A DNA stretch of 64,000 nt, from positions 62,001 through 126,000 of the IMG/VR virus record IMGVR_UViG_3300023296_000874. The stretch is one strand, 5' to 3'. The position numbers and the translations under genes were made by a program. How positions within the stretch are numbered: the first letter of the stretch is position 1; each line of letters opens with the position of its first letter. Shown here in pieces: positions 43,001 through 53,274 of this stretch. Below the pieces are notes generated by a model that saw only the letters and a list, made by a program, of their open reading frames with translations, was not told the DNA's origin and searched no databases.

Positions 43001-44862
43001 ATCCACAGGTCGAGCTGTAGGTTGGCAGTCTGAAGCGTCGAGGAGGAAGAAGAGGTCTCACCGTTGATGCTGGTAAGAGTCACGAGCATCTCTGTCGTGG
43101 TTGCCACAGCCGTACCAACAAACACGGGGGGTCGAATGATGAAGTTCGACGTCGTGTCTGGGTTGGTTCCCCACACCGGGTCGACGCTGATCTGGTTCGC
43201 GCTGTCGATCAGGGTGATGGTGCGCTGCTGCCCCTGTCCCAATCCGCTTGTGATCTCTACGGCCCATCCTGCCCACTGGTCAGAGTCAGCAGAGAAGGTG
43301 GTGAAGGATCCCGTGCTCACCAGCGTACTCGAAGTAGAGGAGGCAACCGCTCCTGCCGCTACGGGCTCATGTCCGAGGTAGGTCAACTCAATCTCACCCG
43401 TCAGCATCTGGGAAGGGTAGTCCTCACCGTTGAGGCTGTCGGGGTGTGTGATCGAGATGATGTCGCCGGGCATCCACTTGCTGGGGTCCACACCGAACGA
43501 GGGGCTCGTTGCTTCCTTGGAGGCTGCAGCGGTGATGTTCAGGTTCCGGCCCTGGTACATAGGCACGTCAGTGAACAGGCGGCGGGTGCCGTCGGGCTCG
43601 CCAATCAGGATGGTGGAAGCGTTGTCCGTGCCCGTGTTGTTCAGCTCGTCAGTCACGAGGTAGGAGGTGCCGAACTGGCTGCCGCCAACGGTCGTGAACT
43701 TCGGAGTGGTCTGAAGGAAGTTGCTGAACAGGCTCTGAAGGTTCTCCATCAGGATGGAGTCGTAGTCATGCGCGCCGGGCTGAACGTGTGCTCGGAGGTC
43801 AATGACGTCGTCAGAGGTCACGAAGTCCGAGAACATGCCGTCCGGTCGGTCCGAGACGGGAGCAGCGGAAAGCTCACCCGATGTCAGGGGGCAGCCGTTG
43901 ACGGGATCTCCTTCAACGTACCCGGTCGGGGGTGATGTGCGAGCTACGCCGCCGTTGATGGTGCTGATGCCCCAACCGCCCCGGTTCCTGCGTCGCACCA
44001 TGCACACTGGAATCGCGTAGGTGTAGCCGTCAACGCTCACAAGGCCGTTGGTGGGGTCGCCGTCTCCGGCCCGCCACAAGCCTTCGTCTCCGTCCACGGG
44101 GTAGAATGCCATATCAGCCGCGCCCGCCAACGTCAGGGCGTCTCCGGGCGTCAGGTTGGCACGAGCGGTGACGTTGGCTGTGTCCTCAAACCCGGTGGGG
44201 AATGAAACGGCGTCAATGGAGTCCACCATGCGGAGTCGGTACTGGATCTGAACGCGCTTGGTGGTCTCTGCTCCAATGTCTGCGCGGAGCAGGTCATCGG
44301 TGAGGTTGGTGCCTCCGAACTCGGTGTTGCCGTACTTGTAGATGCCCGTTGCGCTGGGCTTCCCTTCAGTGCTGCTGTTCACCGTGATGAGCTTCTTCCA
44401 CACTTCGAGGAACACGAAGTTGGTCTCAAAGCCGCTGGTCGGTCCGTAGGGGAGGAGGATCTTGTTCCGGAAGTCGTCGTCGTTGAGGGTCAGCTCCTCA
44501 TTGACGTTGGTTCCCACAACGGGAATCATCCAGCCGTTCACGTTGGCCCAGGTGATGGGCTCAAGTCCTGCCGTCTCGTTGGACGCAGTGTCGGTCACTA
44601 CCTCCTTCTGCCGTCCGAAGAACAGGTAGTTCGAGAAGCTGGTGTGGAAGTGCCAATCCTGGTGGGCCAGGTTGGGAGCGCCAATGAAGCCGGAGGGCAT
44701 GAGCGCGCGGATGTTCTTGGCGCGCTCCTCATTGTTGATCTGACCGACAAGGTTCAGCTCTGCGTCCGTTGGCGGCATGTTGCGCTGCCAAACGAGGAGC
44801 TGATACGCTGTGTCCTTGGGATCAAGGACGATGGTTACGTCGGTGCCGAGATTGTCAGCCAT
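40030..44862 (-). CDS. large baseplate/tail-fibre-attachment structural protein (1610 aa)
   Basis: PP.D.E.N, VFLEVW, ETTKRVQIQYRLR, VDG..YAIP.C.V.RRN, DRPDG motifs; paralog of 50310-52886; C-terminal Ig-like and lectin-like beta domains. Confidence 0.75.
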   Translation of the reverse strand: MADNLGTDVTIVLDPKDTAYQLLVWQRNMPPTDAELNLVGQINNEERAKNIRALMPSGFIGAPNLAHQDWHFHTSFSNYLFFGRQKEVVTDTASNETAGLEPITWANVNGWMIPVVGTNVNEELTLNDDDFRNKILLPYGPTSGFETNFVFLEVWKKLITVNSSTEGKPSATGIYKYGNTEFGGTNLTDDLLRADIGAETTKRVQIQYRLRMVDSIDAVSFPTGFEDTANVTARANLTPGDALTLAGAADMAFYPVDGDEGLWRAGDGDPTNGLVSVDGYTYAIPVCMVRRRNRGGWGISTINGGVARTSPPTGYVEGDPVNGCPLTSGELSAAPVSDRPDGMFSDFVTSDDVIDLRAHVQPGAHDYDSILMENLQSLFSNFLQTTPKFTTVGGSQFGTSYLVTDELNNTGTDNASTILIGEPDGTRRLFTDVPMYQGRNLNITAAASKEATSPSFGVDPSKWMPGDIISITHPDSLNGEDYPSQMLTGEIELTYLGHEPVAAGAVASSTSSTLVSTGSFTTFSADSDQWAGWAVEITSGLGQGQQRTITLIDSANQISVDPVWGTNPDTTSNFIIRPPVFVGTAVATTTEMLVTLTSINGETSSSSSTLQTANLQLDLWIDFLMHYPAGQGLSVIPRKVHQINYTNPTSSVLTRLASTSGINYLDVRSLAESPDFANPAASSAAWVEAEAYFDESSKTAVVQPFQRVNVALVPRENATFSPTHAFYSLFDTRYCLEVPKAYLPSLGSHAIPIVAASTGVFHTGLHVWAIDESDASSEVVLNLLGRSDFDDDTFVGNSVLAREDSIAYEALDSGTPDKIGCKVNTVTGGIELPQYIGLGRVIGIFEASDFDTNSIAGTNLLNASIETSNIDPNIWIGRTGTNLDVTFTILPGAITGYAAATEYVVVANLFGFREGFITSNGILAAHEQVTGVDETVTLSVVVPQALPASAIAQITYTRVPYQGSIYDRYEPFGSTTPEPFNNRGLVSPTDLTDLDTALTGYDLGTPFHYEVLATAEFFTSLGTARFSGLAGGRYYDQRNIGNSIPADAPRHETLPLSDVSPDRAGFITRLPLGARYRDADFVGEDLESGSGGGSFFFIGGQGSNPSSEIQDSTRASDALGAGSMITLSQGNISTSTLTQFRVTRGGAGYNQAGDFSGGSLETGNRDIKVGFRGLYCTAMLVRNFKEEAPSNFALPEHVTTNPKVLKGRGGELQMVILTSVVNPVFNVQNLYREQRAVAHISSAGVGEGASAIDRYRCIGRPLTHQPLLVPFMEDDTQVVVPSATARVGMPNLYEVYPRVMSVGDAMTVSGVNLAPVKAADKGNGVEYFIRSRAAGATADWIQLDQWIVDYTDTQVVFRNIGSLGAFDLMARAGDGKVSILEDAFSVGTTQPGVFEVSFLDNFMSYPVGKFPVQALSASEGWSTNHPRAFRVSDAESFIGDRSGLFTGTGRVGTDTAFREISSSAGEFGTDLVNLQFSFKLLSSTIPTGNTFDLKYQSRQGSTYNDLISVTFNPATSFYTITVHNELTGTGDVTILTTTVLDTEWHRVGILVSAGGTTSVSWDLTTVGTGTFSGTTITSGDVVGRFVIDNTGSAANTAVSCYVDRLYATKV

Positions 44863-44892
44863 TAGGTGTCCTCATCTGATTTGATTTTGATC

Positions 44893-45510
44893 TCAGGTCC
44901 GCCACAGCACAGCGTAGTACCCGAGGTACAAATCACGAGCTGTCGTGTTGGTGAACCGTAGGCGAAGATTGGTGCTCGGGTTCGAAGAGGTGAACGCCGT
45001 CTGGTCCGTGATGGTGTCCCAGTTGGAGCCGTTGTCTGTAGAAGCTTCAACCTTGATGGCTGAGGACGCTTCCTCAACGTACTGAGCCTGCGTGTCGTTG
45101 GCTTGTCCCATTGCGTAGGTCAGGCTGTAGACACTGAAGTATGGCACAAGCTGCACGGGCGTCCCGCCCATTGCTACGGCCTTGGTAGTGAGCTCTCCAT
45201 CACTGGTGCCCTGAGCCTTCACCATCCACTCGTAGGCACCAACCTCGGCACGGTGCGAACCGACGGTGTCGTCCACCTTCGTCGCGTTGTCGAGTTCGTT
45301 GTACTCGATGTTGGGGAAGTCCGGGTAGAACGCTACCAACTCAGCCTGCTTCGCAGTCTTGAGGTCGGCATAGGTCGCCGGAGTGTCGATGGCAAACCCG
45401 TCAGGCAGGTCCACAAGGAACAGCCCGGTGACAGAGAAGTTCACGTCGCCCACGAAGGGGTGGACGATGCTCTCGTCGAACTTGCTGATCAGAAAGTGCA
45501 GGCTACTCAT
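44893..45510 (-). CDS. tail structural protein (beta-sandwich)
   Basis: S.DNG.NW...LRLRF pattern; located in the tail operon. Confidence 0.6.
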   Translation of the reverse strand: MSSLHFLISKFDESIVHPFVGDVNFSVTGLFLVDLPDGFAIDTPATYADLKTAKQAELVAFYPDFPNIEYNELDNATKVDDTVGSHRAEVGAYEWMVKAQGTSDGELTTKAVAMGGTPVQLVPYFSVYSLTYAMGQANDTQAQYVEEASSAIKVEASTDNGSNWDTITDQTAFTSSNPSTNLRLRFTNTTARDLYLGYYAVLWRT

Positions 45511-45525
45511 GTGTGTTCCTCAGTA

Positions 45526-48500
45526 TCAAACAACGGTGAGGTTGTTGGCGGAATTGGTCCAGGTGTTGTCATGGAGATCGGGCCACTGGTCATCGCCAGA
45601 ATCACTGTCGATGTTGCCTACCATGACGCCCTGAGCGGGTGGCCAGTTGGTCCCCCGCTGTCCACCGTCGATGCTGTTGTTCACATCCTCGGTGGCATTG
45701 TCTCGAGCAATGTTCCCATTGATGATCACGCCTCCGGGGATGGTCCCCGCGATGGTGGAAACCAGGGATCCGCCTCCATCCTGCTCTCCCGCAACTCCGG
45801 TGTAGATCCGGAAGCCGTTGGAGTTCACGTTCAAGGTGTTGTTGCACACGCTCAACTCCATCACGCGGCCACGCATGATGAGGTACATGCCGTACTCACC
45901 GTTGCCGTAGCAGTTGTTGTCGTTGAACAGGATGCCCGTCATCTGCGCGTTGACGCTGGCCGAGCTCGTTGAGTGTCGCCATCGAATGCCGTCCTCACCG
46001 TTGCTGGTGCATACGTTGGAGCACACGCTCATTCCGCGCACGGAGAATTGAGTGGCGGTGTTCACTCCGTCAATGAAAATGCCGTGGTTGGTGTTGTCGC
46101 TACAGGAGTTTCCAGTGATGCTGAGCCCGCGTAGCTGGCCCGTGGCAGTCGTCGAAGGGGAAATGTAGATGCCGTGATCACCGCAGCTCCAGATGTTGTT
46201 CCCATTCACGTGGATGCCATCAGGGCTGGCGGTCTCCGAAAGGTCCAGGAGGATGCCCGAGCCGCCACAATCCCAGATGGAATTGTTGCTGATGTTGATC
46301 TGATCCGGGGAGGTAGTCGTAGTCCCAAACTCAACCAGAATGCCGTCCGCCTCTGTCTCAATCCGGTTCGAGCAGATTGAGATGTTCTGAAACTCGGATA
46401 GGATGGGGTCTTCAATGTCGAGGTGGATACCGTGGCCGTTGCCACCGGTAAGCATGTTCCCACTGATATCCACATCGGAGATGCCCATGTCACCGGTTGA
46501 GCTGCCGAGGCGGATCTGCCCAACGGCTGCGCCCGAGGTCCCACAGTTGTCGAAGAAGTTGGAGATGATCTGAATCTGAGTCACCCGAATACCAGTCGGG
46601 TTGATGTAGATAGCGCTGTAGTTGACGCTCGTGTAGGCAACCAGGTGGAACGTGTTGTTCTGAATCCGAATGTCGTCCATGGTACCGCTCGCGGCGTCGA
46701 TATCCTCAATGTGGATTCCATACGAGCCAATCAGGTAGAACGTGTTGTCGGTGATGGTCAGCATCCGGAGGTGCGGTGAGGTGCCACCCGCGAGGTTCAG
46801 CTTGATGCCTTCAAGAGTCGCTGTGCTGAATGTGTCCTCGAAGTTGTTGCCCGTGATGGTGGTTCGGTACACCGTATCTGTCTCAAAATGCACCATCCGG
46901 CCACCGGAGCCTACGAACTGGTTCCCCTTCACGGTGGCTCGAACAACGCCGCCCGTCGTGGATCCGAAGTAGAGGTGGTCCGACAGGGAGTCGCTCAGCG
47001 CCTCAGCGATGTTGTCTGAGATGTTGACGTTCGTGATGTCGTTCTGAGCCTCAATAGAGAAGCTCATGTCATCCGTCTTGTAGATGTTGTTGCCCAGGGC
47101 AATCAACCTGTTCAGGTTGCCAGCTCCGGTGTGTCCGGCGTAGATCTTGAGGAACGTGTTCCACTCAGTGCAGTGGTTGTTGTTCACGGTGACGTTGTCG
47201 ATATCCGCAGTGTGTGAGCTCAAAGAGATCGCAGCGCCGTGCGAGGATCCCTGGAACTGGTTGCCGCTGATCACGAAGTCCTTGAAGTCTCCACTGTTGA
47301 TGCTCTGCGCGGATAGGTTGATGCCGTCATCCGTGCCTGCTGTCGCATCCGTAATGTGGTTGCCGGTGATGGTCACGGAGTAGAAGCTACCGTACCCATC
47401 AGTGCCTCCCTCAATGGCGTTATCGGTGATGAGGTCAAGCTGGTTGTCGCTGATCACCAAGTTCCGGAGAACACACGGGTCGCCCACAGTCCCATCCGCC
47501 AGTACGGCAATTCCGTTGCCTCGGACATTGTCAATGGTGTTGTCGGTGACGGTCACCATCTTCAGCACAAAGGTTCCGGCTGAGATGGTTCCGGGCTCCA
47601 CCCGCACCACAATACCGGCGTCGTCCGTGTTGGTGATAGAGTTGCCAGTCACCTTGTGGCCCTGCTTGGTGGTCGTACCGGAGCTATCGTTCCTGTACGC
47701 AACCTCGATGCCCACGCCGCGAGCGGTACCCTTGATGAGGCACTGTGCGATGACGTTGCTTGTGATGTTCAACCTATCGCAGTTCTCAGCGTAGATCCCG
47801 TAGGCGTTCACGTGAGTGCCAGACGGCTGGTAGCTCGTGCCCGTGTTGTTCACGAGCTGGCCAATGTCGTAGATGTTGTTGCCTGAAACAAGGGCTCCTG
47901 TCACATACTCGAGGCCGATGGCCTTGGTGCCCGTGTTCTCCCAGGTCTCACCGCTCGTGGTAGAGGCTACGGCAATGTTCGAGATCGTGTTCCCTGAGAT
48001 GGTCAAGTGGCTCAGCATCGAGGCATTGGAGCCCTGAGCTTCAATGCCCGTAATCAGCCGGGTGATCTGGTTGTTGTTGATTGAGATGTGACGATGTCCG
48101 GGAGATCCGCCGCTGTAAGAAGCATGGATACCAACACCGGTCACATCAGTGCTGGATCCAATGAACCCGTCAATGATGTTGTCGCTGATGTTGGTGTTTC
48201 GAACGTACTGGGAGAGTGAGATACCGAAGGTGGCAACCGAGTTGATCTGGTTCCCTACGATACTCATTCCGATGGTGCGGTCACTGGCTGAGTTCGCACC
48301 TTCAAGGTAGATGCCGCCGCCCACGTCGTTGCAGTCCATCACGTTGTCGTTGATGGTACCGCTGGTGATCTCGTCGAGGTACACGTAGAACGCGCCCGCC
48401 TCTGCCACCCCTGAGCGGAAGTGGTTGCCCGTCACCTGTACCTCATTGGCAGTGGTGATGAAGATCGAGTGGTTCTCTGCTGCCTCAAACTGGCAACCCG

Positions 48501-50280
48501 TCACTACAACCTTGTCGATCGCGTTGCTGGTCGAATTGTAGATGTCGTAGTAGTTGCCGATGAACGTACATCCCTGAAGGACGGTGATGTCAGAGCCACT
48601 CTTCAGAGTGATGCCACAGCCCTTGGGAGTGCCGGAGTCGTTGTACCAGTTGCCGAACGTAGTGTTGGTGATGGTGCAGTTCTGAGCCCGAAGGTCGATG
48701 CCGAAGGGGTCTTCGGTAGTCCAGGAGGTCTTGGTGCAAACGAGCTGGCAGTCAACAATCCGGGTACCCGATCCGTCGATTCGAATTCCAACGATACCGT
48801 CAGCCGCTCGGCCCGTAACCGAGGAGGTGGATACCACCGTGTTCCCGCCCTGCAAGTACATCCCCGTTGCCGTGTCAACCATCTGGCAGTCGGAGATGAT
48901 CAAGCCATCAACGCTACCGTCAGTCTCAAGGCCCGTGGTTGCATCTCGGACGGTACACCCGCTGACCGTGTTCCCCAGCGTGGCACCACCAAGCTCAATT
49001 CCTACCGTGCCCCCGAAGAGGTCGATGACGGTGTCAGATAGCGTGTTGCTCTCACTACGGAGAAATACACCCGTATCGAACTTCGAGATGTAGCAGGCGT
49101 CTACCTTGTTGGATCCCTCGCCCGGCGTAGGAGCCTGAGCCGTAGTACCAATCTCGATAGCCGAGCCGGATCCCCCACCGACGCTCTTGATGATGCAATC
49201 ACGGATGATGCACCGATCCGGCCGTCGGATGCTGATGCCCGTGTCAGATACATCCTGAACGTTGCAGTTGAACATCCGGAATCGCTGTGTGGCCGATCCA
49301 AACTCAGCGAGGTTCACTGCATACGTGTAGGGAGTGCCACCGTCCACGAAGACGCAGTGGTCAATAGTCAGCCCATCGGAGTTCCCCGTCGAGTCACTGA
49401 TCGCCTCGCAGCCCGTGTGCTTGCTGCTGAAGGCCAGGTCCTTGAAGGTGACGTTGTCCTGTCCGTTGAGCAGGAAGTTCGAGGTGGTGTTCGCCCCCGT
49501 CTCAATGATGGTGCCTGAGCCCTCACCACGGATGGTGATGTTGCCTACGGGGAGCACTACGTCCTGAAGTACATGCCCACCACGGAGGACGATCTCGGAG
49601 CGGAGTTCGCTTCCGCTCGGCTGGTAGGTCTCGATCCAGGCAAGCGCGGCCTCAACACTCATGAAGTTGCCTTCAGAGCGCTCGTCGTGTGTCGGGTTGG
49701 AGGATCCGGCCCGTACCGTGATGGAGGGCTTGCGGTCAGCTCCGTACACGAACATACGGAGATCGCTGACGTCCGTGACGCCCGATCCGTCAGTAGTCAG
49801 CTTCCACAGTACGACGTTGCCGCTGCTTGCGGAAGGGATGCCCGCACTCTGCTTCATGTCGTTGTCAGCGGGGTCGATGTAGAGGTATCGCGTAGCTGTG
49901 GCGTCTACCGTCACTTGCTGTCCGGATACGTCCGTGGCGGTACCGTTGATGAGTACCTTGGAGTTCGCCACCAAGGTCACGGAGAGTCCTGCGGTGTTGG
50001 TACCGCACTCTCCGAGCACGCCAGGCGAGCTGTGCTCGTCAAGGGTCGCCCCAACCTGCGTCAGTGCAGACTCAACCTCATCCCCGTCGTAGCGGTCCTG
50101 AGTGTCGAGCAGGCTGATTGCCGACGCATCGTGAGCATCGACAGGGTCAAGCAGGTGGGCGGTGAGCCCTGAGGATGTCGTCAGATCAAAATCAAGGGCT
50201 TGCTCAGAAACGGTCTTGTCGAGATCGCGTCCGGGTCGGCCAACCTTGTTGAGATCAATCGGGTCCTTGGATACTGGCAT
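45526..50280 (-). CDS. tailspike / receptor-binding protein with very long right-handed beta-helix
   Basis: H......HDASAIS fibre motif, then more than 1200 aa of I.GN.I/GI PbH1-type repeats. Confidence 0.85.
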   Translation of the reverse strand: MPVSKDPIDLNKVGRPGRDLDKTVSEQALDFDLTTSSGLTAHLLDPVDAHDASAISLLDTQDRYDGDEVESALTQVGATLDEHSSPGVLGECGTNTAGLSVTLVANSKVLINGTATDVSGQQVTVDATATRYLYIDPADNDMKQSAGIPSASSGNVVLWKLTTDGSGVTDVSDLRMFVYGADRKPSITVRAGSSNPTHDERSEGNFMSVEAALAWIETYQPSGSELRSEIVLRGGHVLQDVVLPVGNITIRGEGSGTIIETGANTTSNFLLNGQDNVTFKDLAFSSKHTGCEAISDSTGNSDGLTIDHCVFVDGGTPYTYAVNLAEFGSATQRFRMFNCNVQDVSDTGISIRRPDRCIIRDCIIKSVGGGSGSAIEIGTTAQAPTPGEGSNKVDACYISKFDTGVFLRSESNTLSDTVIDLFGGTVGIELGGATLGNTVSGCTVRDATTGLETDGSVDGLIISDCQMVDTATGMYLQGGNTVVSTSSVTGRAADGIVGIRIDGSGTRIVDCQLVCTKTSWTTEDPFGIDLRAQNCTITNTTFGNWYNDSGTPKGCGITLKSGSDITVLQGCTFIGNYYDIYNSTSNAIDKVVVTGCQFEAAENHSIFITTANEVQVTGNHFRSGVAEAGAFYVYLDEITSGTINDNVMDCNDVGGGIYLEGANSASDRTIGMSIVGNQINSVATFGISLSQYVRNTNISDNIIDGFIGSSTDVTGVGIHASYSGGSPGHRHISINNNQITRLITGIEAQGSNASMLSHLTISGNTISNIAVASTTSGETWENTGTKAIGLEYVTGALVSGNNIYDIGQLVNNTGTSYQPSGTHVNAYGIYAENCDRLNITSNVIAQCLIKGTARGVGIEVAYRNDSSGTTTKQGHKVTGNSITNTDDAGIVVRVEPGTISAGTFVLKMVTVTDNTIDNVRGNGIAVLADGTVGDPCVLRNLVISDNQLDLITDNAIEGGTDGYGSFYSVTITGNHITDATAGTDDGINLSAQSINSGDFKDFVISGNQFQGSSHGAAISLSSHTADIDNVTVNNNHCTEWNTFLKIYAGHTGAGNLNRLIALGNNIYKTDDMSFSIEAQNDITNVNISDNIAEALSDSLSDHLYFGSTTGGVVRATVKGNQFVGSGGRMVHFETDTVYRTTITGNNFEDTFSTATLEGIKLNLAGGTSPHLRMLTITDNTFYLIGSYGIHIEDIDAASGTMDDIRIQNNTFHLVAYTSVNYSAIYINPTGIRVTQIQIISNFFDNCGTSGAAVGQIRLGSSTGDMGISDVDISGNMLTGGNGHGIHLDIEDPILSEFQNISICSNRIETEADGILVEFGTTTTSPDQINISNNSIWDCGGSGILLDLSETASPDGIHVNGNNIWSCGDHGIYISPSTTATGQLRGLSITGNSCSDNTNHGIFIDGVNTATQFSVRGMSVCSNVCTSNGEDGIRWRHSTSSASVNAQMTGILFNDNNCYGNGEYGMYLIMRGRVMELSVCNNTLNVNSNGFRIYTGVAGEQDGGGSLVSTIAGTIPGGVIINGNIARDNATEDVNNSIDGGQRGTNWPPAQGVMVGNIDSDSGDDQWPDLHDNTWTNSANNLTVV

Positions 50281-50309
50281 TGGTGTTCTTTCCTATGCTT
50301 CTGAGTCTA

Positions 50310-52886
50310 TCAGAGGAGGCCGAGGCCGATCTGGTACTTCCGGGGGCTAACGATGGGGTTGCCCTTCAGTCGGTACAGAGCGACACAGCTATCTCCGCCA
50401 CCAGCCAGGTCAAAGGCTACGGCGTTTTGTTCGTCATTTGATGTACGGGTGAAAACCATGAGGAGCAAAGTTCCTCGCTTTCCAACCAGTGTGTCTTCTA
50501 CGCAAACAGCGATGCATGGGTAGAGCACACGATGTGGCTTGTCGCCTTGAAGGGATTTGGCGTGGACGCTGGGCTGGTAGATAACCGGGCTTCCAAGCAC
50601 CACATCGTCGTAGGCGCTGCCTCTCAACTCGCTGTAGTAGCTCCGTCCCTCGCCGTCTGTACCCACACTCGTGAAGGCCAGGAAGGGTACGTGCGCCAAG
50701 GGCACATTCACGGGCAACCTGATGAGGCCCCCGTCCGTACCAAAGTCATCCACGCTCAACGCCTGATCGAAGTTCAGGAGGTGGTCTCCGGCATTCATGG
50801 AGGCGTTTGAGGAAGGGAACTGGGAGGCTGGCGAAACGTAGGGGTAGCCCGCGTTGTGTCCACCCGATCCAGCGGTAGTGGTGTAGAGCCAATCAGGAGC
50901 GTAGAGCATGTGGAGGTTCACGTCGGCTACGTTCAAGCCGCCCGCGCCCACGTTGAGGCTCTGCTGTGCGGGGCTCTGGTAGTACAGGGAGCACTGCGAA
51001 ACTGCGGGGAGCGGCTCCTTGCTGATGTAGTCCACGATCATCGCACGGTGAGCAGCGGGTACTGCGGTGTGGAGGATGATGTTGTCCTCCGTGCCGATGC
51101 CCAGATACAGGTTGGTGCTCTTGCCGGGGTCTGCCACGCCGTCGTAGATGCCGGTCACCGTTCGGATCTGGTGAGGCAGGTGTGTCTCTCCTGTAGTCCG
51201 AGAGGTGATGGCGAGGTCCGTGTAGGTGAACTGCACCACCAGGCACGCGGTCCGGCTGGGCTTGTAGAACAGGCTGTCGGGATCCATGGTAGTCGATACC
51301 ATGCCGCCTGGAACCACGTTCTCGTACACCAAGCCATCACCCGCAGTCAGCGTAGTGATGTCACCCGAAGTGCCGATGCCTTCCTGGTAGAGGTGCGGTG
51401 TGCGGCTGAGGCCCGCGTCACCGGGGAACATGACGCCCACCTTCACGAATAGCGTGCCGCCTGTGCGGCTACCTACCGGGATGTTGGTGTCAAAGTCCGG
51501 GGAGAGTACGACGGTCAGGGTCTTGGTGTTCAAACCCGTCACGGAGAAGTCAACGGAGGAGTACCCACTGAGGGTCCCCATCACTTCAATGCGCTCAAAC
51601 AGCCCGTCAGATGCCACCGGGAGGCCGATGTCGAACGTGTCTCCGGCTCCCCAGATGCCGCCCGTGATGGCTACGGTTCGGTCACCGAGTGTGATCTCTT
51701 GGAACACCTCGTTGCCGGTCACCGCGTCGCTGAAGTGCTTGCGGAAGGCGTCTGCCTCCCCAATGAGCGTAGCGCCAGGAGTGTCAACGGGTCCAACCTC
51801 GTCGATTGCCCGGATGTACGTGCCGCGCCCACCACCGCCGAGGTTGTGGTCCTCGAAGTCGGTCTTGAGCTTGTTGTCGAGCAGCCAGGCGAAGTTCCTC
51901 TTGAGCATGGCTTCCATGTCCCAATCAGCGCTCACCGTCTTGCGGAGGTCCAGGATGTCCTGCTCAACGACGTCATCGTGAGCAAAGCCGGTGGGTGAGG
52001 TGCCCGAGCCACCGTTCTGGTTGGTGTCCTGAGCCCAGGTGGTCTGGTTCCGACGTGCCACGGCGCAGAGCGGGATCGCGTAGATGTTCCCGTCTACCGT
52101 GTGGGTGGTCGTGTTGTGTCCGCTGGATACCCAAAGGCCGGGGTCACCATCGACGTTGCTGCTGGTAAATGCGATGGCTGACGGGGAGGAGTCAGGGCCT
52201 TGTGCCAGTACGTTGCCGGTGTCGTCCAGCCCGTCGGGGTAGGAGTACATGTCCACGTCTTCAACGATGCGGATGCGCCACTGGATCTGCACACGCCTGG
52301 ATGTCTCCGCACCTACACCGCCGTCCAACACGTCATCGACGAAGTTGTCAGCGGTAGGGGAGTCTACCCAACCGTTGTAGAAGATCTTGCCGTTGGCGTC
52401 ACGGTGTCCGTTGGTGGTGTCCGTGGCAGCGGTGCCCGTCAGGGGCGCACGCCATACCTCAATGAACACGAGGTCCCAGCGCTTCGCACCAACGCCTGTC
52501 GGGGCCGCTGGTAGCGTGATGGTGAGCCACTCTTCGTTCTTCTCCTGCAGGTTCACGAGCATGTCAGCTACGTGAGCTACCTGTCCGGGTCCGAAGTAGA
52601 AGGTATTGGCAGTGGTGCCGCCGCCGAAGGTCTTTTCGTTCCTGAAGTTGCCTGGCTCATCGATGTAGCCAGTGCCGACAGGGAACACGTCGGGGCTGAA
52701 GTAGTCCCGGCTGAACAGAAATCCCGAGCAGATCTGCCCGGATCGGTAGAGGTGCTTGAGGAAAAGTTCGCCCGCGAGGTTGAACTCTTTGTCCAGCGGT
52801 GGTCTGCCCGTGCGCCAGGTTACCTGTTCGAGCGACTTGTTGTCGGGCTCGAGGTATCCGCTCACGGGACCGAAGTCCTTGCTCAT
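50310..52886 (-). CDS. baseplate/tail structural protein (858 aa), paralog of 40030-44862
   Basis: GRPPLDKEFN, VFIEVW, GAETSRRVQIQWRIR, DPGLW, VDGNIYAIPLCAVARRN. Confidence 0.75.
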   Translation of the reverse strand: MSKDFGPVSGYLEPDNKSLEQVTWRTGRPPLDKEFNLAGELFLKHLYRSGQICSGFLFSRDYFSPDVFPVGTGYIDEPGNFRNEKTFGGGTTANTFYFGPGQVAHVADMLVNLQEKNEEWLTITLPAAPTGVGAKRWDLVFIEVWRAPLTGTAATDTTNGHRDANGKIFYNGWVDSPTADNFVDDVLDGGVGAETSRRVQIQWRIRIVEDVDMYSYPDGLDDTGNVLAQGPDSSPSAIAFTSSNVDGDPGLWVSSGHNTTTHTVDGNIYAIPLCAVARRNQTTWAQDTNQNGGSGTSPTGFAHDDVVEQDILDLRKTVSADWDMEAMLKRNFAWLLDNKLKTDFEDHNLGGGGRGTYIRAIDEVGPVDTPGATLIGEADAFRKHFSDAVTGNEVFQEITLGDRTVAITGGIWGAGDTFDIGLPVASDGLFERIEVMGTLSGYSSVDFSVTGLNTKTLTVVLSPDFDTNIPVGSRTGGTLFVKVGVMFPGDAGLSRTPHLYQEGIGTSGDITTLTAGDGLVYENVVPGGMVSTTMDPDSLFYKPSRTACLVVQFTYTDLAITSRTTGETHLPHQIRTVTGIYDGVADPGKSTNLYLGIGTEDNIILHTAVPAAHRAMIVDYISKEPLPAVSQCSLYYQSPAQQSLNVGAGGLNVADVNLHMLYAPDWLYTTTAGSGGHNAGYPYVSPASQFPSSNASMNAGDHLLNFDQALSVDDFGTDGGLIRLPVNVPLAHVPFLAFTSVGTDGEGRSYYSELRGSAYDDVVLGSPVIYQPSVHAKSLQGDKPHRVLYPCIAVCVEDTLVGKRGTLLLMVFTRTSNDEQNAVAFDLAGGGDSCVALYRLKGNPIVSPRKYQIGLGLL

Positions 52887-52925
52887 GTTGCTCCTCTAAT
52901 CTGGATGTGGTGTGTATTTGGGGGT

Positions 52926-52965
52926 GGAACAGGGCGCTGGGGTCCGGGGTCCCAGCACCCATTCC
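52926..52965. terminator. GC-rich intergenic hairpin
   Basis: ggaa..ggg.gctggg/cccagc.ccc.ttcc; no clear U-tract. Confidence 0.35.
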
Positions 52966-52980
52966 GATCTTCAGGTTGGA

Positions 52981-53193
52981 TCAACCACCAGCACCCGGAC
53001 CACCGCTCTCCTGGTTCGCGCCGACAGCGGCACTTGCAGAAGCAGTGTTGTTCACGGTGAGGCCTGCACGCAGGCCGGGGTTGAGCTTGGGAGGACCACC
53101 GCCGAGAGACGGGATGTGCGTGTTGACGCTGGTCTTCACCTTGCCATTGAGGCTGATGCTTCGCATCTTGAGCCGGTTGTAGTAAACAGCCAT
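52981..53193 (-). CDS. small hypothetical protein
   Basis: GGAGAG RBS; located in the structural operon. Confidence 0.5.
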   Translation of the reverse strand: MAVYYNRLKMRSISLNGKVKTSVNTHIPSLGGGPPKLNPGLRAGLTVNNTASASAAVGANQESGGPGAGG

Positions 53194-53274
53194 GAGTTTC
53201 TCTCCAGTTTGGTTTTTCGACGTCGAATTGCCTGATGGATGTGTGTATCTGAGGAGTATAGCCTCGTAAGGTCC

